From Candidatus Latescibacterota bacterium (GTDB lineage Bacteria; Latescibacterota; UBA2968; GCA-2709665): 64,000 nucleotides of DNA. The position numbers and the translations under genes were made by a program. How positions within the stretch are numbered: position 1 is the stretch's first letter; each line of letters starts with the position of its first letter. This document shows positions 1 through 9,703 of the stretch, one piece after another. Below the pieces are notes generated by a model that worked only from the letters and a program-made list of their open reading frames with translations, was not told the DNA's origin and searched no databases. The stretch is from positions 3,904,001-3,968,000 of the forward strand of contig OZ220733.1 of NCBI GenBank assembly GCA_965116875.1, read 5' to 3'.

Positions 1-1304
1 AGCAGCCGGTCGCGTTGTTGCCGGAAGTCAGTCATCTGATCCGGGGAAAGCTGTCTGGCACGGGAGCGATTGGCAAATCCGGCCGGGTTGACGAGTTGAT
101 AGCGCTTGCCGTTTCTGACGAAGAAGTTGTAATGAAGGTGCGGCCCCGTGGAGCGTCCGGTCGATCCAACGAAACCGATGGTCTGCTTCTGCCTGACGTT
201 TGTGCCCACCTTCAACCCGCGCGGGAACCTGCTCAGGTGGCCATAGCCCGTCTTGTAGCCGTTTCGATGCCGGATTTCGACGTAGTTGCCGAGGGCGCCT
301 CTCCAACCCCTGAAGACGACGATGCCCGGGGCGGTCGCCCAGACACGCGTGCCGTACGCCGCGGCGTAGTCGATGCCGTGGTGAGGAAGGTACCGCTTCA
401 GGATGGGGTGGAAACGCCGGTTGGAATAACCGGAACTGATTCGACGATAGTTCAATGGAGATTTGAGAAACAGGCCGCGCAAGGACTTTCCGTTCGCATC
501 GTAATAGGCCGTATGACCGTCTTCGGATTCGAACAAAAAGGCCTGATGACGCTTCCTGGCCGACTGGTACTCGGCGGAAAGAATATCTCCGTATCGAAGG
601 AACCGGCCGTCTTTATAGAGTTTTTCGAGTGCGAGGGCAAATCGGTCGCCCGCACGACAGTCGACCATAAAATCAATATCGAATTCAAAAATGCGGGTCA
701 TCTTTCCGTTCAGTACGTGCGGATTCTCGCCGGTTTCAGAAAGGGCATTCCAGAGGGAACTGCGGATTTCACCCGTGACAACGTCAATCCTGCGATCCAG
801 GGGTATCTGCTCGCTGCGTGCGGTCAGCCTTCCGTTCGACCGTGTGGCTACAAACCGGGTTTCGAAAGCGCCTCTCTTGATAAATTCAAAGGTCTGAACG
901 GTTCCGATGCTGTCCGTTCCCAATGCGTAACGGTCACCGCTCCGGACGATTCGGGGGTTGAATTCCGACCGTGGGATCCCCTCCTTGATCGCATTCAGCA
1001 ACTCATGGATCTGAGACCGCGCAACGTCTTTCCGATTCAATGCGTCCCAGAACGTCTCTCTGTGGCGGATGCGGCCGTCAATTACCGAGAGCCGGGGTTC
1101 AGGCGAGGCGGGAATCGAATCCGGAAACGCTGAAATCTCCCGGGCGATTTCGGAATTCTGCGCGATTTGAGGATCGGGCGGTCGAGCAGCTACGAGCCAG
1201 GCCAGTACAGCTGCCGGCACAACGATAAACGCAAACTTCGGCAGCCGGAACCGGAAACCGGATCGAGCAGACCGGTCCGTGGGATCACACTCGCGATTAC
1301 CCAT
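1..1304 (-). CDS. M23 family metallopeptidase (MepM/OapA-like peptidoglycan endopeptidase), 3' end runs off the window
   Basis: Manual translation of the minus strand (absent from the ORF track because it has no stop in the window): N-terminal membrane anchor, RFHPILK...HHGIDYAAAYGT, YGHLS, GSTGRSTGPHLHY. Alternative in-frame ATG at 1331. Confidence 0.9.
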   Translation of the reverse strand, partial: MGNRECDPTDRSARSGFRFRLPKFAFIVVPAAVLAWLVAARPPDPQIAQNSEIAREISAFPDSIPASPEPRLSVIDGRIRHRETFWDALNRKDVARSQIHELLNAIKEGIPRSEFNPRIVRSGDRYALGTDSIGTVQTFEFIKRGAFETRFVATRSNGRLTARSEQIPLDRRIDVVTGEIRSSLWNALSETGENPHVLNGKMTRIFEFDIDFMVDCRAGDRFALALEKLYKDGRFLRYGDILSAEYQSARKRHQAFLFESEDGHTAYYDANGKSLRGLFLKSPLNYRRISSGYSNRRFHPILKRYLPHHGIDYAAAYGTRVWATAPGIVVFRGWRGALGNYVEIRHRNGYKTGYGHLSRFPRGLKVGTNVRQKQTIGFVGSTGRSTGPHLHYNFFVRNGKRYQLVNPAGFANRSRARQLSPDQMTDFRQQRDRL

Positions 1305-1397
1305 ATCAGTGATTACCTGGAATGCCGCCATGGGTCCGGGGAATTGAGATGACCCGACGGCAACAAGCGGAATAACCTCAGGGAAGAACGGCTTCTC

Positions 1398-1426
1398 AAG
1401 ATAGGCCAAAACCTGACGTCTGTCAA
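1398..1426 (-). promoter_or_regulatory. sigma70-type promoter for the M23 peptidase
   Basis: Minus strand TTGACA-17 bp-TATCTT. Confidence 0.55.
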
Positions 1427-1439
1427 CCTGTAATTTCTC

Positions 1440-1468
1440 TTGCATCCGGAACGCTGCGCCCTTAACCT
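1440..1468 (+). promoter_or_regulatory. sigma70-type promoter for rlmN
   Basis: TTGCAT-17 bp-TAACCT upstream of RBS AAGGA. Confidence 0.45.
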
Positions 1469-1499
1469 GACGTCAACTGTAAAACAAGGAGACGCGCAA

Positions 1500-2582
1500 A
1501 TGGCCGACGTTTCGCAGGCTGGCGACCGCGTGGAACTGAAGGGACTCTATCCGGGAGAGATCGAGGAATTCGTCGCTTCTCTCGGGTTGGAGCCCTATCG
1601 GGCCAGGCAGATCGCCGCCTGGATCTACAATCGCGGTTCAACCGACTTCGCCGGGATGACCGACCTTTCCAGGGGGGTCCGCGCCAGGCTCTCGCAACAC
1701 GCGTCGATTTTGAATCTTGAGGCGGCGGCGCGACTCGGCACGGATGACGGCGAAACCGTGAAGTATCTGTTTGAGCTGCCGGACGGCAGGCGCGTAGAAA
1801 GCGTTCTGATGCGCGACGGGAGGAGGCGGACGCTTTGCGTTTCGTCACAGGTGGGATGCCCGCTTGATTGTACGTTTTGCGCCACGGGACGGATGGGGCT
1901 TCTCCGAAACCTCTCCGCCGGTGAAATCCTCGACCAGCTCGTCTTTGTCCGGCGCGAACTGAGAGCACGCGGGGACGATTTGACCAATGTGGTCATGATG
2001 GGCATGGGAGAGCCGTTGTTGAACTACGTGAACGTCGTTCGCGCAATCCGTCTGATGAACCTGGATTACGGGCTGGCTATCGGGATACGAAGGATTACCC
2101 TGTCGACGGTCGGCTACGTGCCCGGCATTTTGAGGTTGGCGCAGGAGGGATTGAAGGTTGGCCTGGCGGTTTCGCTCAATGCGGCCGACGATGTAAAGCG
2201 ATCGCGAATCATGTCGATCAACCGGCGCTGGCCGATCGCGAAACTTCTCGCGGCCGTCAGGGCGTATCGGAAGCGCATCGACAGACGGGTGACGTTCGAA
2301 TACGTGCTGTTGCACGAAGTAAACGACTCGGTGGAGGACGCCGGGCGTCTGGTCGCGCTCGTACGCGACATACCGTGCAAAGTCAACGTCATCCCCTGGA
2401 ATCCGGTCGAGGACACGGCATATGTACGGCCGCCCCGGGAGGCCGTGGACCGGTTTGTGCGCTCCCTCAGGAATGCGCGGTTGACAACGACGGTGCGTTA
2501 CAGCAGGGGCGTGGATATCGCGGCGGGATGCGGGCAGCTGTATATCCGTCCCGGCGCGGCCGCAAATGCATCCGGCCCCTGA
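1500..2582 (+). CDS. rlmN: 23S rRNA (A2503-C2) methyltransferase RlmN, radical SAM
   Basis: CVSSQVGCPLDCTFC, MGMGEP, C-terminal DIAAGCGQL; ATG at 1500 after an RBS. Confidence 0.95.
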   Translation: MADVSQAGDRVELKGLYPGEIEEFVASLGLEPYRARQIAAWIYNRGSTDFAGMTDLSRGVRARLSQHASILNLEAAARLGTDDGETVKYLFELPDGRRVESVLMRDGRRRTLCVSSQVGCPLDCTFCATGRMGLLRNLSAGEILDQLVFVRRELRARGDDLTNVVMMGMGEPLLNYVNVVRAIRLMNLDYGLAIGIRRITLSTVGYVPGILRLAQEGLKVGLAVSLNAADDVKRSRIMSINRRWPIAKLLAAVRAYRKRIDRRVTFEYVLLHEVNDSVEDAGRLVALVRDIPCKVNVIPWNPVEDTAYVRPPREAVDRFVRSLRNARLTTTVRYSRGVDIAAGCGQLYIRPGAAANASGP

Positions 2583-2643
2583 ATGGACGGCGGGCGGCGT
2601 CTCCGGTTGCACATGGCCTGGGGCGCCTCGGCGGAGAATTCCC

Positions 2644-2672
2644 TTGATTGTTATGTAAAGATATGATATATT
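2644..2672 (+). promoter_or_regulatory. sigma70 promoter with extended -10 for murA-cca
   Basis: TTGATT-17 bp-TATATT with TGn, in an AT-rich gap. Confidence 0.6.
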
Positions 2673-2739
2673 GTAACTTACCGAGAAATACGCAGGATCC
2701 GGTTTCACCAGTCCGAGGCGCATCGGGACGTGGGTCTCT

Positions 2740-4032
2740 ATGGAACAGTTCGTGATCGAGGGCGGATATCCGCTATCCGGCACCATCAGGCCGCTCGGCA
2801 ACAAAAACGCCGCGCTTACGCTTCTCGCCGCCACGCTCATGACGGACGAAACGGTGGTCTTGAAGAATGCGCCGCCGATAGGCGACGTACTCACCCAGAT
2901 TGCAATCCTGCGCGATCTGGGCGTCTCGGTCCAGCATCCTGTACGAGCCGAACTGACCGCCTGCGCGGCTTCCCTCAGCAAGACCGCCCTGAATCCTGAC
3001 TTCTGCAGAAGGGTACGCGGCAGCATCCTTCTCGCGGGCCCGCTTCTGGCGCGCCACGGCCGTGCCACGATGCCCAGGCCCGGCGGCGACAGAATCGGGC
3101 GCCGGCGCCTCGATACCCACCTTCGCGCGCTGGAGGCGTTGGGTGCGCGCATCGAGACCGGCCACGGCTATGAAATGAGGGCGCCGGGCGGATTGACCGG
3201 CGCGGACATTTTTCTGGATGAGCGAAGCGTGACCGGAACGGAAAACGTCATTATGGCATCCACCCTGGCGAAAGGCACAACCATCATCCGCAACGCGGCC
3301 TCTGAACCGCACGTGCAGGAGTTGTGCCGGTTGCTCAATGCCATGGGCGCCCGGATTTCGGGTGTGGGTACGAATGAGCTGACCGTCGAAGGCGTTCATG
3401 CGCTTCACGGCGGCGAACATGCGATCGGTCCGGACTATATGGAGGTGGGAAGCTTCATCGGTCTCGCGGCGGTTACCCGGGGCGAGATACGGATCAGAGA
3501 CGCGGCGCCGCATCATATGCGAAGAAGTCTGATGGTATTTGAGCGACTCGGGGTCGAGGTGATGGTCGATGGAGATGACATTCTGGTTCCCGACGATCAG
3601 AAGCTAGAGATTGTCCGGGACGCCGGAGACGCGATTCCGAAGATATTTGACGATCCATGGCCGGGGTTCCCCGCGGATCTGATGAGCATTGCGATTGTTG
3701 TGGCCACACAGGCCCGGGGAACCGTCCTGTTTTTCGAGAAAATGTACGAGAGCCGGCTTTTCTGGCTGGACCGCTTGATCGAAATGGGGGCCGAGATCAT
3801 CATCTGCGACCCGCACAGGGCCGTAGTGGTGGGTCCGTCCGGGCTGTACGGGGAGCGAATTACAAGCCCCGATATCAGGGCGGGGATGGCGTTGTTGATC
3901 GCCAGCCTGTGCGCGGAAGGCCAGAGTGTGATTCGAAACATCGAACAGATCGATCGCGGTTATGATCGCATCGACGAACGACTTCGCACGCTGGGCGCCC
4001 GGATCGAACGGGTTCCCGTTCGCCTGGACTGA
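2740..4032 (+). CDS. murA: UDP-N-acetylglucosamine 1-carboxyvinyltransferase (Asp at the catalytic Cys position)
   Basis: [42 protein letters not shown]. Confidence 0.95.
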   Translation: MEQFVIEGGYPLSGTIRPLGNKNAALTLLAATLMTDETVVLKNAPPIGDVLTQIAILRDLGVSVQHPVRAELTACAASLSKTALNPDFCRRVRGSILLAGPLLARHGRATMPRPGGDRIGRRRLDTHLRALEALGARIETGHGYEMRAPGGLTGADIFLDERSVTGTENVIMASTLAKGTTIIRNAASEPHVQELCRLLNAMGARISGVGTNELTVEGVHALHGGEHAIGPDYMEVGSFIGLAAVTRGEIRIRDAAPHHMRRSLMVFERLGVEVMVDGDDILVPDDQKLEIVRDAGDAIPKIFDDPWPGFPADLMSIAIVVATQARGTVLFFEKMYESRLFWLDRLIEMGAEIIICDPHRAVVVGPSGLYGERITSPDIRAGMALLIASLCAEGQSVIRNIEQIDRGYDRIDERLRTLGARIERVPVRLD

Positions 4033-4037
4033 ACGCA

Positions 4038-5390
4038 ATGGCTTCTGCTCTCGATACGGCGATTGAGGTGGTTCGACGACTCGATGCGCGAGGTTTCCGG
4101 GCGTTGCTTGCCGGAGGATGCGTGCGGGACCTCCAACTCGGGCTGGAGCCGCGCGACTACGACATTGCTACCGATGCCGATCCTCATCAGGTGGCCGGTA
4201 TTTTTCAGAACGCCCGGGCCGTCGGCGCGCACTTTGGCGTGGTGGAAGTGCGCCTGGCGGGGCATGGATTCGAGGTTGCCCGTTTTCGGCGCGACCTGGG
4301 GTACAGCGACGGCCGGCACCCGGACGCGGTCGAATTCGCTGACGAGACCGAGGATGCCAGGCGCCGTGATTTCACGGTGAACGGGATGTTCTGGGACCCC
4401 CTGGCGGATCGGTTGCTGGACTACGTGGGCGGACAGGCGGATATCAGGCAGAAAACGATCCGGACGATCGGACCGGCAGAGGACCGGTTTGCGGAAGATC
4501 ATCTGCGAATGATGAGAGCGGTCCGGCTCGGCTGCCGTCTGCACTGGCGGATCGATGCAGCCACGTTTGCCGCGATTCGGCGATCGAGTGACGATCTCGC
4601 ACAGGTCAGTGTCGAGCGGACCCGGGACGAATTCGTAAAGATCCTGACGGAAGGAGGCGCGCCGCTCGGGGTGCGATGGCTTATCGATTCAGGGCTGATG
4701 ACGCAGTTGGCGCCGGAGGTCCTGGAACTCGAGGGCGTCGCGCAGCCGCCTGAGTATCATCCCGAAGGCGACGTGTTGACCCACACGTTGATCATGCTGG
4801 GGCTGATGCGCAACCCGTCGCCCGAACTGGCCGTGGCAGTGCTGTTGCACGACGTGGGGAAACCGCGGACGTTCAGATCGGCCGACCGTATCCGGTTCGA
4901 CAATCACGCCGGCGTGGGTGCCCGGATCACGGATGAGATCTGCCGCAGGCTGCGATTTTCCGGCGAGGCGACCCGGCACATCGTCCGGTTGGTGGCGGAC
5001 CATCACCGATTCATGCACGTTCGACAGATGCGTGCGAACAGGTTGAAGCGGTTCCTGCGCATGGAGCGATTCGACGAACACCTGGAACTGCACCGGGTGG
5101 ATTGTCTGTCAAGCCACCGGAACCTTGAAAATTACCATTTCTGCCGCCATGCTCTGGAAACAATGGAGCCCGAGGAGATACGTCCGGAACCGATGATTAC
5201 CGGCAGGGACCTGATCCAGCTCGGGTATACGCCGGGGCCTGCGTTCACGGCCGTCCTGAGGGCAGTGGAAGACGGTCAGCTCGACGGCAGCGTCAGGGAT
5301 CGGGAGAGTGCGCTGCTCGTCGCTCGAGGGGTGTTTGAACGTGGGGCGGCGCCTGGGTGCGACGTTCTGGACGAAAACGGGGCCGCGTAA
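4038..5390 (+). CDS. cca: CCA tRNA nucleotidyltransferase / poly(A) polymerase family with HD domain
   Basis: GGCVRD, DYDIAT, RRDFTVN, EDHLRMMRAVR, YHPEGDV, LLHDVGKP. Confidence 0.88.
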   Translation: MASALDTAIEVVRRLDARGFRALLAGGCVRDLQLGLEPRDYDIATDADPHQVAGIFQNARAVGAHFGVVEVRLAGHGFEVARFRRDLGYSDGRHPDAVEFADETEDARRRDFTVNGMFWDPLADRLLDYVGGQADIRQKTIRTIGPAEDRFAEDHLRMMRAVRLGCRLHWRIDAATFAAIRRSSDDLAQVSVERTRDEFVKILTEGGAPLGVRWLIDSGLMTQLAPEVLELEGVAQPPEYHPEGDVLTHTLIMLGLMRNPSPELAVAVLLHDVGKPRTFRSADRIRFDNHAGVGARITDEICRRLRFSGEATRHIVRLVADHHRFMHVRQMRANRLKRFLRMERFDEHLELHRVDCLSSHRNLENYHFCRHALETMEPEEIRPEPMITGRDLIQLGYTPGPAFTAVLRAVEDGQLDGSVRDRESALLVARGVFERGAAPGCDVLDENGAA

Positions 5391-5578
5391 TGATCCGTCC
5401 CGGTTGACGGGTTCAGGTACAGACAACCCGGGACTGGCGAGTTGGCGGCCGGCGCACGCGATTGCCGGATTCCGGCGCCGACCCGCGTGTCTGGAACCAT
5501 GACCGGGCAGGGGCGTTTCCAGATTAGAGAAGACCGCTCGCCGTACCCGTTTCACCCATGTTATCCGAAGGGTTTTCC

Positions 5579-6154
5579 ATGTCAGGACTGATTCGATCCG
5601 TACTTGCGATATCCGTCCTCGCCGTCTGGATACCGCAGGCGGAGGCGACAACCGTGGAACGGTTCGCTTTCGATTCGCTCTGCGAACGGGCGGAGACAAT
5701 CGCCCACGTCCGGTGTGTGTCCGCAAACAGCTTTATGGATGACGGACGCGGGGAAATCGTAACGCGGCACCGGTTCAGGGTAATCGCACCGGTCAAGGGC
5801 AATCCGGGCGGCGAGATCGTCCTCACGCTGCCCGGGGGAACCGCCGACGGCCGGAGGCTGTATATCCCCGGCATTCCCGAATTCGGCGTCGATGAAGAGG
5901 TCGTCCTGTTCCTCACGGGTCGGGACCGCCACGGATCTCCGTGGCCGCTGGGGCTCGGACAGGGCTGTTACCGCATCCTCGGAGCGCAGGATGGCCACGC
6001 TCAGGTCAGGCTGCAGCAAGGGTCCACGCCCCTGCCGGCCGGTGCGCTCTTCAAGCCGGCGCTGAACCGGCGCTCGCGGCCCTTCAATGTGCCGCTCCAA
6101 TTGTTTCTTCATCAAATCCGTCTGACGATACCCGAAGCATCCGACGAGCGGTAA
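5579..6154 (+). CDS. hypothetical secreted protein
   Basis: Signal peptide (...PQAEA-TT), LPGG and GLGQG motifs; start could be 5558 or 5579. Confidence 0.7.
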   Translation: MSGLIRSVLAISVLAVWIPQAEATTVERFAFDSLCERAETIAHVRCVSANSFMDDGRGEIVTRHRFRVIAPVKGNPGGEIVLTLPGGTADGRRLYIPGIPEFGVDEEVVLFLTGRDRHGSPWPLGLGQGCYRILGAQDGHAQVRLQQGSTPLPAGALFKPALNRRSRPFNVPLQLFLHQIRLTIPEASDER

Positions 6155-6484
6155 GCCCGCCCGCAGGCTACAGCGGGTTCGGGGACCCCGGGACCGCCGG
6201 CTGTCAAGTGCCCGTCCGGGACGGAATCCGGGGGTCGAGTCCATCGCCAGACCCCAGTGTCCCGCTCCGGGAATTCCGGCAACCGGCTCCCGGGACGGAA
6301 CACCGGATCTGTTTTATTTCGCTTGACTTTGTTCCCGCGTTTTTGCATCATACCGGTGCGATTTATGTGCCCACTATTGCGCGTGTAAGGTTATGAATTT
6401 AAGTGACTTTGGCACATTCGGCATGCTTCGGGGGCGGCGTTATGCCCTTTTTTTGTTGGCCTCGGACTGTAAGGGGGGTGTGTA

Positions 6485-7675
6485 ATGTCCAAGCTGCATT
6501 TTGATATACGGGACATCTTTCAGGTGGTCCGGCTCGGCTGGTCCGGAAAAAAGATATGGGTTGGGTTGTGCGGTACGCTGATTGCCTGGGCCGGATATTC
6601 CATCCTGGCCATCGCAGACCACCTTCTGGCCGGGGCCCGGATGGGAGAGATCTGGCACAGGTTCGGGCTCTTTCCCGGACCAGCGCCATTCCCGGCCACG
6701 CTGGCGGGCATGGCGATCGACGTGCTTGCAATGCTCTATGTCTGGCTGGTCATGCTATTAACGACGTGCATGATCTGCAAGATTGCGTACCAGCAATTGA
6801 AAGGAGACGACTTCTATTCTTCGGGCGACGCATTGGGCTTCATCAGAAAGAATTGGGGCGGCGTTGTCTGGGGTCCGGTGGCCACACTGGCGCTGCTGGT
6901 CTTTTTTGTTGTCGCGGGCGTCGTGATCGGATGGCTGGCGGGTCTGATTCCCTGGGTCGGCGAACTGGCATTCGGGGTATTGTTCATTCCAATCTTCTTT
7001 GCCGCGCTGGTTGCCATCTTCGTATCGATCGCATTTATCGTGTCCCTGACGATGTCGCCTGCGGTTGTGGGTACGGTCGGCGAAGACGCGCTCGAGGTGG
7101 CCATCCAGTCTTTCTCATTGGCCTGGAGCCAGCCCTGGCGGCTGGTGTTGTATATGGTCTGGATGAAGATTTCAGTTTCCATCGGTTCGGTCCTTCTGGG
7201 AATCTTCATGGCCTCTTCGCTCGGTCTGGTGAGCTGGACCTGTGGCCTGTTCATGAAGGAGAAGCTGGCCAACATGGTCTATGTGGCGGGAACGTATGTT
7301 CCATTTGACTTTACGCGTTCCGATTGGTTGTCTCTGGACATAACCACGTTTCTGCCGGCTGCCGGCATCCCCTCCGGTTCCGAACTGATGGCCGGCGGAA
7401 TTCTTGCCGTGATGCTGATTCTTCTCACGGTGATTTTCAGTTCATACGTGCTGTCCGCCTATGCCTCCGGTCTCAGCCTGATTTACGTGATTCTCCGGAA
7501 GCGCAAGGACGATGAGAACCTGCTCGAATGGGAGGACGACGAGGCGGAGGACGAGGGGCAACCTGAGGAAGCGGAAGCGACGGAAGGCAGCGTCGGCGAG
7601 ACGGATAAGGACACGTCCGCCGAATCGGAGAACGGAGACGGTGAGTCGCCGGACACGGAAACCGAAAAGCAGTGA
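6485..7675 (+). CDS. multi-pass membrane protein of unknown function with acidic C-terminal tail
   Basis: Several hydrophobic helices and an E/D-rich tail. Confidence 0.8.
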   Translation: MSKLHFDIRDIFQVVRLGWSGKKIWVGLCGTLIAWAGYSILAIADHLLAGARMGEIWHRFGLFPGPAPFPATLAGMAIDVLAMLYVWLVMLLTTCMICKIAYQQLKGDDFYSSGDALGFIRKNWGGVVWGPVATLALLVFFVVAGVVIGWLAGLIPWVGELAFGVLFIPIFFAALVAIFVSIAFIVSLTMSPAVVGTVGEDALEVAIQSFSLAWSQPWRLVLYMVWMKISVSIGSVLLGIFMASSLGLVSWTCGLFMKEKLANMVYVAGTYVPFDFTRSDWLSLDITTFLPAAGIPSGSELMAGGILAVMLILLTVIFSSYVLSAYASGLSLIYVILRKRKDDENLLEWEDDEAEDEGQPEEAEATEGSVGETDKDTSAESENGDGESPDTETEKQ

Positions 7676-8690
7676 CACCGGGCATTCGGGAAACGTACTC
7701 GCGGACGTTGCGGCCGATGCGCGGCTCGACGAGGGTCCCGAAGGGGTCCGTCGCGTGTTGCGGGCGATTTATCGTGCGGGCACGATGCCCGTACGGGACC
7801 TGTCGCGGGAGACGGGTCTGCCGGTTCCGGTTGTGGCGGCGGTCCGGGGCGAGTTGGAAAAGAGGGGCTGGCTGGAGCGGCGAGGGGGTGTGGTCCTGTC
7901 TTCGTCCGGCCGGGATGCGGTGGAAGAACAACTGGGTCTGAGCTGCCGCCGCCGGTTTCAAAGACCGGTTTTTCCCGTTCTGGACGACGAGATGCGTTCG
8001 TTACGCGCCCGGATGGAAGCATTGGGGGAGCGGAGACCGGCCGTCGACGTGCGGTTGGATCAGTCTCATGCAACGGCGGAAACCGCGTTGCGGCGCGCCG
8101 TGTATCTGTACGAACACGACGGGCTGGAAGGGCGGGACGTCCTGATACTGGGAGACGACGACCTTACCTCTCTGGCCATTGGCCTGCTGGCGGACTTTTT
8201 CGGGATTTCAGTGCGCAGGGTGGTGGTGCTGGAATGCGACCCGCGTCTTGTGGCCTTTCTGAACGCCGCGTCACGCGAGACACGACAGGCGGTCGAGGCC
8301 GTCGAGCACGACTTGCGGGCGGAACTGCCAGCCGACCTCCTCGCGGGTTTCGACCTGTTCTTTACCGATCCGCCATACACGCTTCCCGGCTTGTCATTGT
8401 TCGTTTCACGCGGCGCCGCCGGGCTTCGGCCGGAGGTGGGCAAGCAGGGCATTGTCTGTTTCGGCAGCCGCAGGCCCGACGAGACGGCTACCGCCGTGGG
8501 AACGATCACGGAGACCGGGCTGGCGCCGGTCGAGGTCATTCCGGATTTCAATCGGTACGTCGGCGCACAGATGCTTGCCGGTGTCAGTCACCTCATTCGA
8601 ACGGTTGCGACTGCACGGTTGACACCCCGTGTCAATGGCTTCTACGAGGGTTCGCTCTACACGGCCGACAGGTCACGGAAGAAGGGATGA
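7641..8690 (+). CDS. bpsA: BpsA-like (DUF43) N4-bis(aminopropyl)spermidine synthase family protein with N-terminal winged HTH
   Basis: LDQSHAT.ETALRR, VLILGDDDLTSLA, FFTDPPYT; GTG at 7641 after GGAG. Confidence 0.75.
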   Translation: MSRRTRKPKSSDTGHSGNVLADVAADARLDEGPEGVRRVLRAIYRAGTMPVRDLSRETGLPVPVVAAVRGELEKRGWLERRGGVVLSSSGRDAVEEQLGLSCRRRFQRPVFPVLDDEMRSLRARMEALGERRPAVDVRLDQSHATAETALRRAVYLYEHDGLEGRDVLILGDDDLTSLAIGLLADFFGISVRRVVVLECDPRLVAFLNAASRETRQAVEAVEHDLRAELPADLLAGFDLFFTDPPYTLPGLSLFVSRGAAGLRPEVGKQGIVCFGSRRPDETATAVGTITETGLAPVEVIPDFNRYVGAQMLAGVSHLIRTVATARLTPRVNGFYEGSLYTADRSRKKG

Positions 8691-9595
8691 ATCTGCCGTT
8701 CGAAGCGGAACCCATTCACCCCCGTCATACGCGCCGGCTGCAGGGAGTATTCGAGTCGGCCCGGAAGAGCGCGTGGTGCTATTACGCTCCCTTTCTCTGT
8801 TGTTTCAGCCTGGCCCCGGCGCGGGAAGTGTTTCTTGCCGAACACGATGGCGCTCTCTGGCTTCCCGTGCGTCGCGTTGACAGAAGCGGCCGCGCCTGGT
8901 TCGATCTGGTCGTACCTCCGATGCCACTGTCGGCCGAACCGCTCGCCGACGTTCTGAACCGGTTTCGTGATATCAATGGAGGCCGGTACCCGCGTATCCT
9001 GTGGGTGGACGAGGCCGACAGGCGGTGTCTGCCGCCGGACGGGCTGGAAGTTCGGATCAGGTCGCGAGAGTACCTGTACGATCCGTCGAAGGTCGCGGCG
9101 GCCACGGGCCGGCCGTACCGGGATCTGAGAAAGAAACTGCGTCGCTTCCGAAGAGGGGCGGACCCGCTTTTCCGGAAACTGACGCCCGCCGATATCACGG
9201 CCTGCCGGGCGCTGTTGCGGCACTGGCGGAAGCGGCAGGGGCGCAAGAGAGATTTCCTCCTCGATTGGGGATATACCCGGTCGGCGCTGTCGATGTACGG
9301 ACATTGGACGTCCGAGGAACTCCAGGGCTGGTGCGTGGAGCTCGAGGGCCGGGTCGCGGCCTTCGCGATTGCCGGCCGGATGCACGCCCGGCTGGCCAAT
9401 TTCTTTATCGCCAAAACGGACCCCGATGTGCGGGGACTGTCGGAATACCTGCGAATGGAGGTCTACCGGGCGCTGGCGGATTTCGACCTCGTCAACGACG
9501 CGGGTGACCTGGGGCTGCAGGGATTGCGGCAACATAAGCGGAAATTCCGGCCTGTCGAGTTGATTCCGGTTTACAGCGCGTCGTTTTCGGATTGA
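8687..9595 (+). CDS. DUF2156 / phosphatidylglycerol lysyltransferase C-terminal-like (GNAT-fold) protein
   Basis: EYLY, K(T)DPDVRGLSEYL, VNDAGDLGLQGLRQHKRKFRP; ATGA overlap with the bpsA-like stop. Confidence 0.7.
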   Translation: MNLPFEAEPIHPRHTRRLQGVFESARKSAWCYYAPFLCCFSLAPAREVFLAEHDGALWLPVRRVDRSGRAWFDLVVPPMPLSAEPLADVLNRFRDINGGRYPRILWVDEADRRCLPPDGLEVRIRSREYLYDPSKVAAATGRPYRDLRKKLRRFRRGADPLFRKLTPADITACRALLRHWRKRQGRKRDFLLDWGYTRSALSMYGHWTSEELQGWCVELEGRVAAFAIAGRMHARLANFFIAKTDPDVRGLSEYLRMEVYRALADFDLVNDAGDLGLQGLRQHKRKFRPVELIPVYSASFSD

Positions 9596-9703
9596 TGACG
9601 CGTTTCCCCGACTTGCCGTGGGGTCTGACCCAACGGCCGAGTTGAGTAACGTCAGGGTTGGCTGTTCCGAGTTGAAGATGACGTAACAGGGAGGCGGTTC
9701 CCG

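Noticed and set aside
15-1133. 372-aa plus-strand ORF
   Set aside because: Antisense shadow of the minus-strand M23 peptidase, which has clear motifs.
6155-6310. GC-rich structured gap with a GGGTCGAGTCC segment resembling a tRNA T-arm
   Set aside because: No cloverleaf, acceptor stem or SRP/tRNA-Sec motif could be built on either strand.
9639-9674. CCGAGTTGA repeated twice upstream of cysC
   Set aside because: Only a 9-bp pair with no supporting structure; plausibly chance.
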